A stretch of DNA of 64,000 bases from Patescibacteria group bacterium (GTDB lineage Bacteria > Patescibacteriota > Patescibacteriia > JACQRZ01): assembly GCA_038065125.1 (NCBI GenBank), contig JBBTRP010000006.1:172-64171 (forward strand), read 5' to 3'. The notes under the pieces are model-generated. The model did not search any database, was not told the origin of the DNA, and saw only the letters and a program-made list of their open reading frames with translations. Positions 1-9,151 of this stretch are shown here, in pieces. The position numbers were made by a program, and so were the translations under genes. Position 1 is the stretch's first letter. Each line of letters opens with the position of its first letter.

Positions 1-849
1 TCCTCGCCACAGTATCCGACATCGCTCGGACAACTCTATGACGCTCCATTCATTCTGTATGTGAGGGGGAGACTTCCGGAGAATTGGTCACGGGCGTTAG
101 CGGTGGTCGGAACACGGAAGCTGACTGCGTACGGCATGCAGATTACCGCGCCGATTATTGCAGATCTCATTCGGTTCGAGTCAATCATCGTGAGCGGTCT
201 TGCTATCGGCATTGATGCGCTCGCCCACACCGCAGCCCTGGACGCGGGAGGTGTGACGATTGCGGTGCTGGGTGGAGGAGTGGATCGAGCGACGGTCGGG
301 CCGCGGCAGAATTATCTTCTCGCCGAATCAATCGTGACGCACGGAGGTGCGCTGATTTCTGAGTATCCGGTCCACGCTCGTCCCAATAAAAGTTCTTTTC
401 CGCAGCGGAATCGGATCATTGCGGGACTCTCTCGAGGCGTGCTTGTGATCGAAGCGCCGCAGGCGTCAGGTTCTTTGATCACCGCAAAAATCGCGCTTGA
501 TGAGAATCGAGAGGTGTTTGCGGTGCCCGGAAGTATTACCAACCCTTCCGCCCGCGGATCAAACTCTCTGATTCAGCGCGGTGCGCATGTGGCGCTGTCA
601 GGGAGCGACGTTGCCGAGGTGTTGCAATTCAGTGAGGGGGCGTCGCGGGGTCGGGAGGTCTCTGGACCCGCACTAACCGACACAGAGCAGATGCTTTACT
701 CGCTCGTGACTGCCGATCCGCTTCATGCTGACGAGCTTGCACGCACCGCAAAACTTGACATTGGAGAGACCCTCCGTACACTAGTACTCATGGAATTAAA
801 AGGATGCATTGCACAAGTGGGACCCTTGCAGTACGTCCGTTCATGGTAG
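1..849 (+). CDS. dprA: DNA-processing protein DprA (5'-truncated by window edge)
   Basis: Frame open from base 1 (SSPQYPTSLGQLYDAPFILYVRG); motifs AVVGTRK, VSGLAIGID, FPQRNRIIAG, REVFAVPG; C-terminal winged helix; directly upstream of topA. Confidence 0.95.
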   Translation, partial: SSPQYPTSLGQLYDAPFILYVRGRLPENWSRALAVVGTRKLTAYGMQITAPIIADLIRFESIIVSGLAIGIDALAHTAALDAGGVTIAVLGGGVDRATVGPRQNYLLAESIVTHGGALISEYPVHARPNKSSFPQRNRIIAGLSRGVLVIEAPQASGSLITAKIALDENREVFAVPGSITNPSARGSNSLIQRGAHVALSGSDVAEVLQFSEGASRGREVSGPALTDTEQMLYSLVTADPLHADELARTAKLDIGETLRTLVLMELKGCIAQVGPLQYVRSW

Positions 850-852
850 ATT

Positions 853-3078
853 ATGACATCAAAGCGAACAAAAAAAACCAGCACGCATCGCGCACTGGTG
901 ATCGTCGAGTCACCGACAAAGGCAAAAACGATCAGCAAGTTCCTCGGATCTGAGTATCAGGTCGAGTCATCCTTTGGGCACATTCGCGATCTGCCAAAAA
1001 GTAAGATGGGCGTTGATATCGAAAATGATTTTGCGCCGCAGTATATTGTCCCGCTCAAGAGTAAAAAACGAGTAACGCTCCTGAAAAAGATGGCCCACGA
1101 TGCGGAGGAAGTCTACTTTGCGACTGATGAAGACCGCGAAGGCGAGGCGATTTCCTGGCATCTGTGTGAACTCCTTGATGTCGATCCTGAGAAGGCAAAG
1201 CGAATTGTGTTTCATGAGATTACCGAGAGCGCGATAAAAAATGCTCTTGCAAACCCGCGGACGATCAACGGGAATCTCGTGGATGCCCAGCAAGCGCGGC
1301 GAGTACTGGACCGGCTTGTGGGATACGAACTTTCGCCGTTCTTGTGGAGAAAGATCGCAAAGGGTCTGTCGGCTGGACGCGTTCAATCGGTCGCATTGAG
1401 GCTCATTGTTGAACGCGAACGTGAGATTGGTGCGTTCACACCACAGGAGTACTGGACGATCGAAGCGTCTGCGCAGAAGTTCACGGGCGACACTGCACCA
1501 TTTGAAATTAAACTCGTAAAAATTGACGGTAAAACACTTGATAAATTTCACATAACAACCGAACGGGACGCAAAGGGGATAGTCACCAATCTTTCCGGAT
1601 CATTATTTGCGGTCCAGAACAGTGAGTCAAAGGAGTCAAAAAAAGCCGCCCCGGTACCGTTTACGACCTCCTCGCTCCAGCAAGACGCAAACAGACGACT
1701 GCGCTATTCTCCGAAACAGACGATGATGATCGCGCAGCAGCTCTATGAGGGCATCGATCTTGATTCGGGATCTGAGGGTTTGATCACCTATATGCGTACC
1801 GACTCGGTAAATCTGGCGGACGTATTTAGATCTCAGGCACAGGATTTTCTTCAGACGCAGTACGGACCGCAGTACGCCCAAGGCCAGCGAGTGTACAAAA
1901 CAAAATCAAAACTCGCGCAGGAGGCGCATGAGGCGATCCGTCCTACCTCCGTATCGCGTACCCCGGAGTCGGTAAGGGGCTTTCTTGATGAAAGCCAGTT
2001 CAAGCTCTATGACCTTATCTGGCGTCGCGCCGTCGCGAGCCAAATGCCTGATGCGCGGTATCAGCAGACCGTAATTGATATTGCCGCGCAGAAAGATGGG
2101 ATTCCCTCGTATCTTTTCCGAGCGGCTGGTCAGGTAGTTACTTTTGACGGGTTTACCAAAGTGTATGGAATTGAAAGCGAGGAGGTGACCCTTCCGCAGG
2201 TGTCACTTGGCGAGAAGCTCTCCGTGTCAGATTTGAAATCCTTGCAACACTTTACCAAGCCGCCTGCGCGATACTCAGAGGCGGGACTCGTGAAGGTTCT
2301 TGAGGAGCACGGGATCGGACGCCCTTCGACCTATGCGCCTACCATCAGCACGCTAGTCGAGCGCAATTACGTGCAGCGCGAAGATAGGCGCCTCAAGCCG
2401 ACAGATATTGCATTTCTCGTGAACGATCTGCTCGTGGAGCATTTTAATCAGATCGTTGATTATGCGTTCACCGCGAAAATGGAGGACACTCTTGATGAAG
2501 TTGCCGAGGGGGAAAAGAAATGGGTCCCTGTCATGAAGGAGTTCTACGAACCGTTCCACGCAAACCTTGTGGAGAAGGATAAAGAACTTTCAAAAAAATC
2601 CCTTGCCACTATCGAGGAGACGGATATTGTGTGCGAAAAATGCGGCAAACCAATGGTGAAGCGCATGGGGCGTTTCGGGAAGTTTCTTGCGTGCACGGGG
2701 TTCCCTGAATGTAAAAACGCGAAAGCTCTTGAAGAGGTCGGGGCGTCGGGAAGCGAGGGACAAGAAAATGAACAGACAGCAATTCCACCGTGCGAAAAAT
2801 GCGGCGCGCCCATGGCCATGAAAGCGGGACGCTTTGGAAAGTTTTTGGGGTGCAGCAAATATCCGGATTGCAAGAATATCCGGAATCTCCGAGATAAAAA
2901 TCTGGGAATTCCCTGTCCCACCTGCACGGCTGTCGGCGTATCACCCGCGGGGTCGATTATTCAGAAGCGGAGTAAGCGAGGGAAAACTTTTTACGGCTGC
3001 AATCGGTATCCCGACTGCGATTTTGTATCCTGGACGCGGCCGGGAGTGCCGGAAGAAAAAAATCAGGACGCAGACTGA
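853..3078 (+). CDS. topA: DNA topoisomerase I with three C-terminal zinc ribbons
   Basis: IVESPTKAKTI, DEDREGEAI, SAGRVQS, LITYMRTDS (catalytic Tyr), GIGRPSTY; C4 motifs CEKC, CEKC, CPTC. Confidence 0.97.
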   Translation: MTSKRTKKTSTHRALVIVESPTKAKTISKFLGSEYQVESSFGHIRDLPKSKMGVDIENDFAPQYIVPLKSKKRVTLLKKMAHDAEEVYFATDEDREGEAISWHLCELLDVDPEKAKRIVFHEITESAIKNALANPRTINGNLVDAQQARRVLDRLVGYELSPFLWRKIAKGLSAGRVQSVALRLIVEREREIGAFTPQEYWTIEASAQKFTGDTAPFEIKLVKIDGKTLDKFHITTERDAKGIVTNLSGSLFAVQNSESKESKKAAPVPFTTSSLQQDANRRLRYSPKQTMMIAQQLYEGIDLDSGSEGLITYMRTDSVNLADVFRSQAQDFLQTQYGPQYAQGQRVYKTKSKLAQEAHEAIRPTSVSRTPESVRGFLDESQFKLYDLIWRRAVASQMPDARYQQTVIDIAAQKDGIPSYLFRAAGQVVTFDGFTKVYGIESEEVTLPQVSLGEKLSVSDLKSLQHFTKPPARYSEAGLVKVLEEHGIGRPSTYAPTISTLVERNYVQREDRRLKPTDIAFLVNDLLVEHFNQIVDYAFTAKMEDTLDEVAEGEKKWVPVMKEFYEPFHANLVEKDKELSKKSLATIEETDIVCEKCGKPMVKRMGRFGKFLACTGFPECKNAKALEEVGASGSEGQENEQTAIPPCEKCGAPMAMKAGRFGKFLGCSKYPDCKNIRNLRDKNLGIPCPTCTAVGVSPAGSIIQKRSKRGKTFYGCNRYPDCDFVSWTRPGVPEEKNQDAD

Positions 3079-3650
3079 AATCGCTCTTCTACCCGAGTCC
3101 AGTCGACAGCCTTCATGAATGCTTCGATATAATCTGCGCGCTTGATGCCGTAGTCGGTTATATAGGCGTGTTCGAAAACATCCATAATGAGTAAAATTTT
3201 TGTTCCGGCGAGATGACCAACATCGTGCTCATTTGCCCATGCATTGAAAAGCATACCTGTCTCGCGCTCATACCGCAGGATCGCCCAACCAATTCCACGC
3301 ATTGCAGCAGTTGCCCTAAAGTCTTTTTCCCACATTTCATAACTGCCAAACTGAGCCGCAAGTTGTGCTCGAAGGCTGGAGCCTTGATCTAATGGCGAGT
3401 TGGCGTTTAGCATATTGCCAAAGTAGAATTCATGTAGTCTCATGCCGTCAAACTCCCATCCAAAATGACGCTTTAGTTCACCATACTCGGGCGTTGTTTG
3501 TTTTTCATCTGCTAGAAGTTGCTTCAATTTTTCTAAGAGGGTGTTTGTATTCTTCACGTATCCTTCGTAGAGGGCAAAGTGGTTTATCAGAAGCGTATCG
3601 GAAAACCCCGGTGTACCCAGGAGCTGATCGTATTTTTTTGCTTCGTACAT
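3063..3650 (-). CDS. Fe/Mn superoxide dismutase family protein
   Basis: Metal ligands NHFALY, LHEFYF, MDVFEHAY; start moved to ATG 3650 (MYEAKK), 2 nt after the ahpC stop. Confidence 0.9.
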   Translation of the reverse strand: MYEAKKYDQLLGTPGFSDTLLINHFALYEGYVKNTNTLLEKLKQLLADEKQTTPEYGELKRHFGWEFDGMRLHEFYFGNMLNANSPLDQGSSLRAQLAAQFGSYEMWEKDFRATAAMRGIGWAILRYERETGMLFNAWANEHDVGHLAGTKILLIMDVFEHAYITDYGIKRADYIEAFMKAVDWTRVEERFQSAS

Positions 3651-3652
3651 AG

Positions 3653-4216
3653 TTATATTTTCCCGACCAGATCGAGTCCGGGTGTGAGCGTGCCCTTGCC
3701 TGGCTCCCAGCTTGCAGGACAGACCTGGCCGGGATGTTGGGTTACGTATTGAGCCGCTTGCGTTTTTCGCAGCAACTCCTGTGCATTCCTCCCGATGCTG
3801 TTGTCGTGGTATTCGCACGCCTTCAAGACTCCGTCCGGATCAATAATGAACGAGCCGCGCAGCGAGAGCCCCTCATGTTCGATATAGGTATCAAATGCGC
3901 GTGCCAATGCGCTGGTGGGATCCGCTGCCATGGGGAAGGTAATTTTTTTTATTGCCGGAGAGTTGTCATGCCAGGCCTTATGAACAAAAACGGTATCCGT
4001 GCTAACGCTGACGATCTCAGTATTTATTTTTGCAAACTCTGGGTACAGCTTTGCCATTTCTTCAAGCTCTGTCGGGCAAATGAAGGTGAAGTCAGCTGGA
4101 TAGAAAAAAAGAATAAGCCATTTTCCTCGGTAATCCGAGAGCTTTTTTTTCTCTATCTCATCATTGTGGTATACCTGGAACGAAATATCCGGTACCGGTT
4201 GTCCGATTGGTATCAT
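3653..4216 (-). CDS. ahpC: 2-Cys peroxiredoxin (alkyl hydroperoxide reductase C)
   Basis: FFYPADFTFICPTE and VCPASW motifs. Confidence 0.95.
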   Translation of the reverse strand: MIPIGQPVPDISFQVYHNDEIEKKKLSDYRGKWLILFFYPADFTFICPTELEEMAKLYPEFAKINTEIVSVSTDTVFVHKAWHDNSPAIKKITFPMAADPTSALARAFDTYIEHEGLSLRGSFIIDPDGVLKACEYHDNSIGRNAQELLRKTQAAQYVTQHPGQVCPASWEPGKGTLTPGLDLVGKI

Positions 4217-4345
4217 AGGTGAGAGGTTAGGGGGGGTCTAAGGTTATAGGTTATAGGTGAGAGGTTGAGGGGCTGGGGTAGGTTTATAGATAAGAGGTAT
4301 ATAGAATTCCAACCTCTAACCTAACACCTCTTACCTCTAACCTGC
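4217..4345. repeat. Degenerate heptamer repeat array with a G-rich half and a complementary C-rich half
   Basis: aggtgag/aggttag/aggttat/aggttat/aggtgag... followed by aacctct/aacctaa/cacctct/tacctct/aacctgc. Confidence 0.85.
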
Positions 4346-4347
4346 AT

Positions 4348-4515
4348 TTACGGTCCATCGTATAGTTCGAACATAACCTTTGTGGCGCCGCAAATAGGGC
4401 AGATCCAGTCATCGGGGATCGCCTCGAACGGAGTGCCGGGATCGATTCCGCCATCTGGATCTCCTTTTTCTTGGTCATAGACATAACCGCAAGGCGGACA
4501 AATATATTTTTTCAT
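4348..4515 (-). CDS. Rubredoxin (55 aa, absent from ORF track)
   Basis: Manual translation [55 protein letters not shown]; two CxxC motifs. Confidence 0.95.
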   Translation of the reverse strand: MKKYICPPCGYVYDQEKGDPDGGIDPGTPFEAIPDDWICPICGATKVMFELYDGP

Positions 4516-4548
4516 AGAATACTGATATGGGAGTGAAAAGGTATGATA

Positions 4549-4576
4549 AGTGTAAAGAACGGGCGGCAGCTGTCAA
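4549..4576 (-). promoter_or_regulatory. Putative sigma70 promoter for rubredoxin-ahpC-sod
   Basis: TTGACA-N16-TACACT on the minus strand. Confidence 0.55.
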
Positions 4577-4579
4577 GCA

Positions 4580-4608
4580 TTGAAGTTTTGCCGTCTCTTT
4601 GCTAGGCT
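4580..4608 (+). promoter_or_regulatory. Putative sigma70 promoter for rel
   Basis: TTGAAG-N17-TAGGCT with extended TGn; 14 nt before the ATG. Confidence 0.5.
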
Positions 4609-4622
4609 TTGGGTGAACGAGT

Positions 4623-6086
4623 ATGTCAAAGGAGGAGCTGATCTCACGAGTCAAAGGATACAATCCTTTGGCCGATACGACAATGATCGAGCTGGCATAC
4701 GACTTTGCCGAGAGCGCGCATGCAGGGCAGGTGCGGCTCAACGGGGAGCCGTATTTTTCGCATTGCCTGGGTGCCGTCGAGCATTTGTTAAAAATGCACT
4801 TGGACGACGCGACAATCATTGCGGGGTTACTTCACGATGTTCCCGATGAGACATCTGTCACGATTGATGAGATTCGAAAAAATTTCGGAGATGATATTGC
4901 GACCCTCGTTGACGGGGTGGGCCGATTGGGAACGCTGAAATATCGTGGCATCGAGCGGTACGCCGACAATCTCAGGAAGCTGTTCATCTCCATGGCGCAC
5001 GACATTCGCATTATCTTCGTGAAGTTTGCTGATCGTCTTCACAATCTGGAAACACTCTCCGTTCTTCCGGCAGAAAAGCAGCAGCGTATCGCGCGCGAGG
5101 TCGTCGACATTTACGCACCAATCGCGCATCGACTCGGTATTGGGTATATCAAGACAGAACTTGAGGATCGCGCATTCCAATACGTTCATCCGCAGGATTA
5201 CGAACAGATTTCCTTGCTCGTTGCGCCCCGACAACAGAAGAAAACGGAGTACTTGGAGGCAATACGCGACAACCTGCTTGCTGAACTGCAGCGGACAGGA
5301 ATTCCGGTGACCCTTGTGGAGAGTCGTGTGAAGTCTTTTTTTAGCATTTATCGAAAAATGCAGAAGAAGCGGATTTCCGACCTCGAGGGAATATATGATA
5401 TTACCGCGATGCGGGTTATTGTGCCGAACATCAGTGACTGCTACGCGACATTGGGGTGCATTCATCAGCTCTGGAAGCCGCTTCCCGGAAGGATCAAGGA
5501 TTACATTGCGCAGCCAAAACCCAACAACTACCGCTGTCTTCATACGACCGTATTCTGCGATGAGGGCGAGGTGGTCGAGTTCCAGATTCAAACCCGAGCC
5601 ATGCACATCGAAGCGAAGTACGGAGTTGCCGCGCACTGGCATTATTCAGAGGCAAAAAAGCGGTCTGAGAAAATCACCCGCGATCTGGACTGGGTCCAGG
5701 AGATCCTCTCGATCCAGGAGCGAACGCCCGACAATCAAGAATATCTCCGGTCGCTCAAGTTTGATGTTTTCAAAAAGCGCATTTTCGTCTTTACCCCGAA
5801 AGGAGATGTAATCAACCTGCCAGAGGACGCCACACCGATCGATTTTGCGTATACGATCCACTCAGATATCGGGCGACGATGCGTCGGTTCACGAATCAAT
5901 GACTCGCTCTGCGCGTTAAGCACGCAACTCAAGAGTGGCGACGTTGTGGAAATTCTTACCGAAAAAAATCGAAAAATTCCCAGCGTCCACTGGCTCTCAA
6001 TCGCCAAAACCCATCTTGCGCGCGCAAAGATAAAAGCACAGCTGCGCGAGCACGAGCTGCATACCGGAAGCGGATTCTCGAAATAA
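4623..6086 (+). CDS. RelA/SpoT family (p)ppGpp synthetase/hydrolase (HD + synthetase + TGS, no ACT domain)
   Basis: HAGQVRLNGEPYFSH, LLHD, KFADRLHN, RIKDYIAQPKPN, FVFTPKG, TGS motif DFAYTIHS. Confidence 0.92.
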   Translation: MSKEELISRVKGYNPLADTTMIELAYDFAESAHAGQVRLNGEPYFSHCLGAVEHLLKMHLDDATIIAGLLHDVPDETSVTIDEIRKNFGDDIATLVDGVGRLGTLKYRGIERYADNLRKLFISMAHDIRIIFVKFADRLHNLETLSVLPAEKQQRIAREVVDIYAPIAHRLGIGYIKTELEDRAFQYVHPQDYEQISLLVAPRQQKKTEYLEAIRDNLLAELQRTGIPVTLVESRVKSFFSIYRKMQKKRISDLEGIYDITAMRVIVPNISDCYATLGCIHQLWKPLPGRIKDYIAQPKPNNYRCLHTTVFCDEGEVVEFQIQTRAMHIEAKYGVAAHWHYSEAKKRSEKITRDLDWVQEILSIQERTPDNQEYLRSLKFDVFKKRIFVFTPKGDVINLPEDATPIDFAYTIHSDIGRRCVGSRINDSLCALSTQLKSGDVVEILTEKNRKIPSVHWLSIAKTHLARAKIKAQLREHELHTGSGFSK

Positions 6087-6094
6087 CAGTTTTT

Positions 6095-7444
6095 ATGACT
6101 CGATATCGCTGGATCATTTTTCTTATATTTTCGATTCTGTTCTGCGCAACAGGAGTTGCTCTATTATTGTATGCGCAAGGATACCGCTATCATTTCGGCA
6201 GAAAAACGCTTGAAAAGACCGGGCAATTGAGTATTGAATCAAAACCAAAAGGCGCATCGCTCAGCGTGAATGGTCAGCAGTCTTTTGGTAGAGCGCTCTT
6301 TTCAGGAGGGGAACAGGACGGCAAAACTCCCGAACGCATCCCCGGCCTTCTGTCAGGAACCTATACTGTTCATCTAGAGAGTGACGGGTATTATCCCTGG
6401 ACACGAGTTGTTACCGTTGAGTCGGGGCAGGCCACGCTCATTCGGCCTGCAATCCTCATTCGGAAAAATGCGACAGATGAGATTACACCAACCCTTGAGA
6501 GAACCGCAACACTTGCCGCAGTGCCCCTCTCCCAGGTTTTTGTTGCCACTCAAAATGAACTCACTGTTTTTAATCCAAAAACAAAGCAGTCCCGAATCAT
6601 CCTTCGGGCAGGGGAGCCATTTTCATTCGTCTCGAAAAGCCCGAACGAACAATCGATTCTTCTGGCAAGCAAGAAAAACGCATGGTTGGTCGGAAGTGAC
6701 GGACGACTCGACCCCCTCATTCTCCCGCGCGATACCATAGATCAATTCCGTTGGAGCACGAACGGCGACCGTATAGTAGGACTCACGGGCGGCAAGATTT
6801 TCCAGTTGTTTTCGCGTTCCAAGCCTCGTGTCTTGACAACAACCTCTGCATCTGACGCTCTTCTTCATGGTTCGTCGCTTATTTTTGTCCCGAAGGAAAA
6901 TCCCAGAGAAGTGCGTCGGCTATCTCTGCTTGAAAAGACTTCGCCCGAGGAGGTTGTCGTCCGGGTGTCAAGCGCGATATCTCGAATCATTGCAACACAC
7001 GGGAGCCACCTCGTTATTGCGTATGGAAAAAATGATCTTGCGGTGGTGGACGACTCTTCTGACGGGACAACGCAATCGTCATTACGCGCGGGCACAGAAG
7101 CTCGATTTTGGGATGCTCGTACTCTTATTTCCTGGAATGATTTTGAGGTGTTCCGGACTGATTTTATAAACGAACGGGCTGCAACACCCCAACTCATAGT
7201 CCGTAGGAGTGTACCGATTCGTAAAGTTGAACTCCTTCCCGAAATCGGATATATCGCAGTACTATTCGATGATGGATCCGTAAGTGTGATAGAACAAACG
7301 GGGGCAGAGTCGCGAAACCGATATACTCTTGCTGATCGGTCGATTAAGGATATTACTGCCCTTGATGGGAAGGGGTTGGTGTGGATTCGGTCGGAATCTG
7401 GAAAGGACGTGATGAGGTTGGAGACGGTACGTCTTGTCCAGTGA
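6095..7444 (+). CDS. Membrane-anchored PEGA-domain protein with propeller-like C-terminus
   Basis: N-terminal TM helix, YAQGYRY, TGQLSIESKPKGA, GTYTVHLESDGYYPW. Confidence 0.7.
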   Translation: MTRYRWIIFLIFSILFCATGVALLLYAQGYRYHFGRKTLEKTGQLSIESKPKGASLSVNGQQSFGRALFSGGEQDGKTPERIPGLLSGTYTVHLESDGYYPWTRVVTVESGQATLIRPAILIRKNATDEITPTLERTATLAAVPLSQVFVATQNELTVFNPKTKQSRIILRAGEPFSFVSKSPNEQSILLASKKNAWLVGSDGRLDPLILPRDTIDQFRWSTNGDRIVGLTGGKIFQLFSRSKPRVLTTTSASDALLHGSSLIFVPKENPREVRRLSLLEKTSPEEVVVRVSSAISRIIATHGSHLVIAYGKNDLAVVDDSSDGTTQSSLRAGTEARFWDARTLISWNDFEVFRTDFINERAATPQLIVRRSVPIRKVELLPEIGYIAVLFDDGSVSVIEQTGAESRNRYTLADRSIKDITALDGKGLVWIRSESGKDVMRLETVRLVQ

Positions 7445-8858
7445 CCATGTCGCTTCCTAATATAATGACAAAATCAGGCGGGAGAGCAGGGGAAGATGTT
7501 GCTTGAGAATTATCCTCAATCAGTGTCGACGATGGAAGAAGTGAGAGAAGCGTTTCTCGACTGAATTTTTTTAACGGTACGGGCGGAGAGAAAAGGCGCG
7601 AAACCACTGCGTCGCGCTGCTCTGCATTTTCAATGGAGACGACCGTGTAGCCCGCTTTGGTGAGAGAGGAGGCAAACCGGCCCGCAAGTCCGGGCGTGCG
7701 CGTGCCATTTTTGACGACGACGCGAGGCGCCTCGTCGCGGATTTTTCGTGCGGTTTCTTTTTTGACCTCGCGGCTAAAAATATCACGGACAACGACTTGC
7801 ATCTGCTCGAACGTCCCGTCTCGGGGAAGAAGGACATACGCCCCCTCAACGACCGAGCTGGTCAAAAAGTTTTCCGGTCCGTCATCAAAGACAAAGGAAA
7901 GGATATGGTCCTGATCGATCGATCGGGCGAGCGAGAGAAAGGCGAGGAGCTCCCACGACTTGATGTTGGTCGAGATGTGCTCGCGAAGCGATGAAACGAC
8001 GTCGTTTATTTTTTGCGGATTGAGCAGGAATTGAGCAGAGAATACTTTTTCCTTGACCGCGGTGATGACTTTTTGCTGTCGTGCACTGCGAGCAAAGTCC
8101 GATCCCTCATTATTCATTCCGCTATGGCGCGACCGCACGAACATGAGTGCACGCGCGCCGTCCATGGTTTGCGGTCCGGCGGAAAAGGAGATCGTCTGGT
8201 ATTTGTAGTCATCAGTCGGGTAGCTGTAGTCGGTGAACGGTTTGTCTACGTCAATCTCAAGTCCGCCGAGGATGTCGACAATCTCGCTAAAGCCGGCAAA
8301 ATCGACCCGGAGTGTGTAGTGGACGGGAACATTCAACACCTTACTGATGACCGCGGCAGCCGTTTCTGGTCCGGAGCCGGGCGCATTCATCTCTGCAAAG
8401 GCGTTTGCGTTATTGATTTTTCTCCATCCGTATCCTTCAATGGGGACGAGAAGATCGCGCGGGATGGATATGAATGCCGCTGAACGGGTTGAGGGTTTCA
8501 CGCTTAGGAGAATGTTGGTGTCGGAGAGCTGGGGGCCATCATGGTCTTTGCCGCCCACACCCAAGAGTAGTAGATTAATTCGATCTTCCTGTTCACCCAA
8601 GAGCGCACGATCTTTCGTCTCTCCGAACTGAGGACGCGATCCGAATAGGATCGAATGAAGCACAGAATTAAGTGCCGAGGTATCGTTTTGGGATTGCTGG
8701 TAGGAGAATACCGACGTTGCGCTCAAGATGACGATGCCGATCGCGAAAAAACCCAGGAGGGAGGGAAGGACACGAATGGTTGTTTGTTCTTGTTTTCGAT
8801 CGGGTTTTTTCGGTGTATTTTCGTCAAGTCGGAGCAAATTGATCTCAACTTTGTTCAT
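7353..8858 (-). CDS. LCP (LytR-CpsA-Psr) family glycopolymer transferase with LytR_C domain
   Basis: INLLLLG, SDTNIL, SIPRDL, KINNA, FVRSRH, SDFARSARQQ; C-terminal VKNGTRTPGLA. Confidence 0.9.
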   Translation of the reverse strand: MNKVEINLLRLDENTPKKPDRKQEQTTIRVLPSLLGFFAIGIVILSATSVFSYQQSQNDTSALNSVLHSILFGSRPQFGETKDRALLGEQEDRINLLLLGVGGKDHDGPQLSDTNILLSVKPSTRSAAFISIPRDLLVPIEGYGWRKINNANAFAEMNAPGSGPETAAAVISKVLNVPVHYTLRVDFAGFSEIVDILGGLEIDVDKPFTDYSYPTDDYKYQTISFSAGPQTMDGARALMFVRSRHSGMNNEGSDFARSARQQKVITAVKEKVFSAQFLLNPQKINDVVSSLREHISTNIKSWELLAFLSLARSIDQDHILSFVFDDGPENFLTSSVVEGAYVLLPRDGTFEQMQVVVRDIFSREVKKETARKIRDEAPRVVVKNGTRTPGLAGRFASSLTKAGYTVVSIENAEQRDAVVSRLFSPPVPLKKFSRETLLSLLPSSTLIEDNSQATSSPALPPDFVIILGSDMVTGQDVPSPTSSRPFQIPTESTPTPSHQGQ

Positions 8859-8880
8859 AGTCCTTGCGAAGACGGAAAAA

Positions 8881-8908
8881 TTGACAGGTGATTGCGTTAG
8901 GATACACT
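8881..8908 (+). promoter_or_regulatory. Putative promoter for tRNA-Val
   Basis: TTGACA-N16-TACACT about 105 nt upstream of the tRNA. Confidence 0.5.
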
Positions 8909-9012
8909 AAAATTGTCGTTCTGGCAATTATTGGTTTGTGATTCTGTACAATGAGCTGGAGCTGATTATCCGACGAAGACACAAAAACTTCATCATTACT
9001 CATGGGCGATAT

Positions 9013-9086
9013 GGGCGTTTAGCTCAGCTGGTTAGAGCGCACCGTTCACATCGGTGAGGTCAGAGGTTCGAGTCCTCTAACGCCCA
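9013..9086 (+). tRNA. tRNA-Val (anticodon CAC), CCA not encoded
   Basis: GGGCGTT/AACGCCC acceptor stem, D arm AGCTCAGCTGGTTAGAGC, anticodon arm CACCG-TTCACAT-CGGTG, T loop GGTTCGAGTCC. Confidence 0.95.
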
Positions 9087-9101
9087 TGAGTGAAGGGGAG
9101 G

Positions 9102-9133
9102 TCACATCCGTGAGGTCACGGGTTCGATCCGCG
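9102..9133 (+). repeat. Degenerate copy of the tRNA-Val 3' half (possible att remnant)
   Basis: tcacatccgtgaggtcacgggttcga matches 9046-9071 at 23 of 26 positions. Confidence 0.7.
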
Positions 9134-9151
9134 GGTCTGGGGATTGTATTG

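Noticed and set aside
2632-2880. Repeated tgcgaaaaatgcggc in topA
   Set aside because: Encodes the normal tandem zinc ribbons of TopA.
3651-3818. 56-aa N-terminal extension of SOD in the ORF track
   Set aside because: It overlaps ahpC in another frame; SOD similarity begins at ATG 3650.
4284-4484. 66-aa minus-strand ORF
   Set aside because: Wrong frame over the real rubredoxin; its tail is translated heptamer repeat.
4827-5642. 271-aa antisense ORF inside rel (similar cases at 967-1551, 9429-10025 and 58877-59506)
   Set aside because: Shadow ORFs of well-supported genes with no recognisable motifs.
9102-9150. A second functional tRNA
   Set aside because: No D arm or 5' acceptor strand, and the T stem is imperfect.
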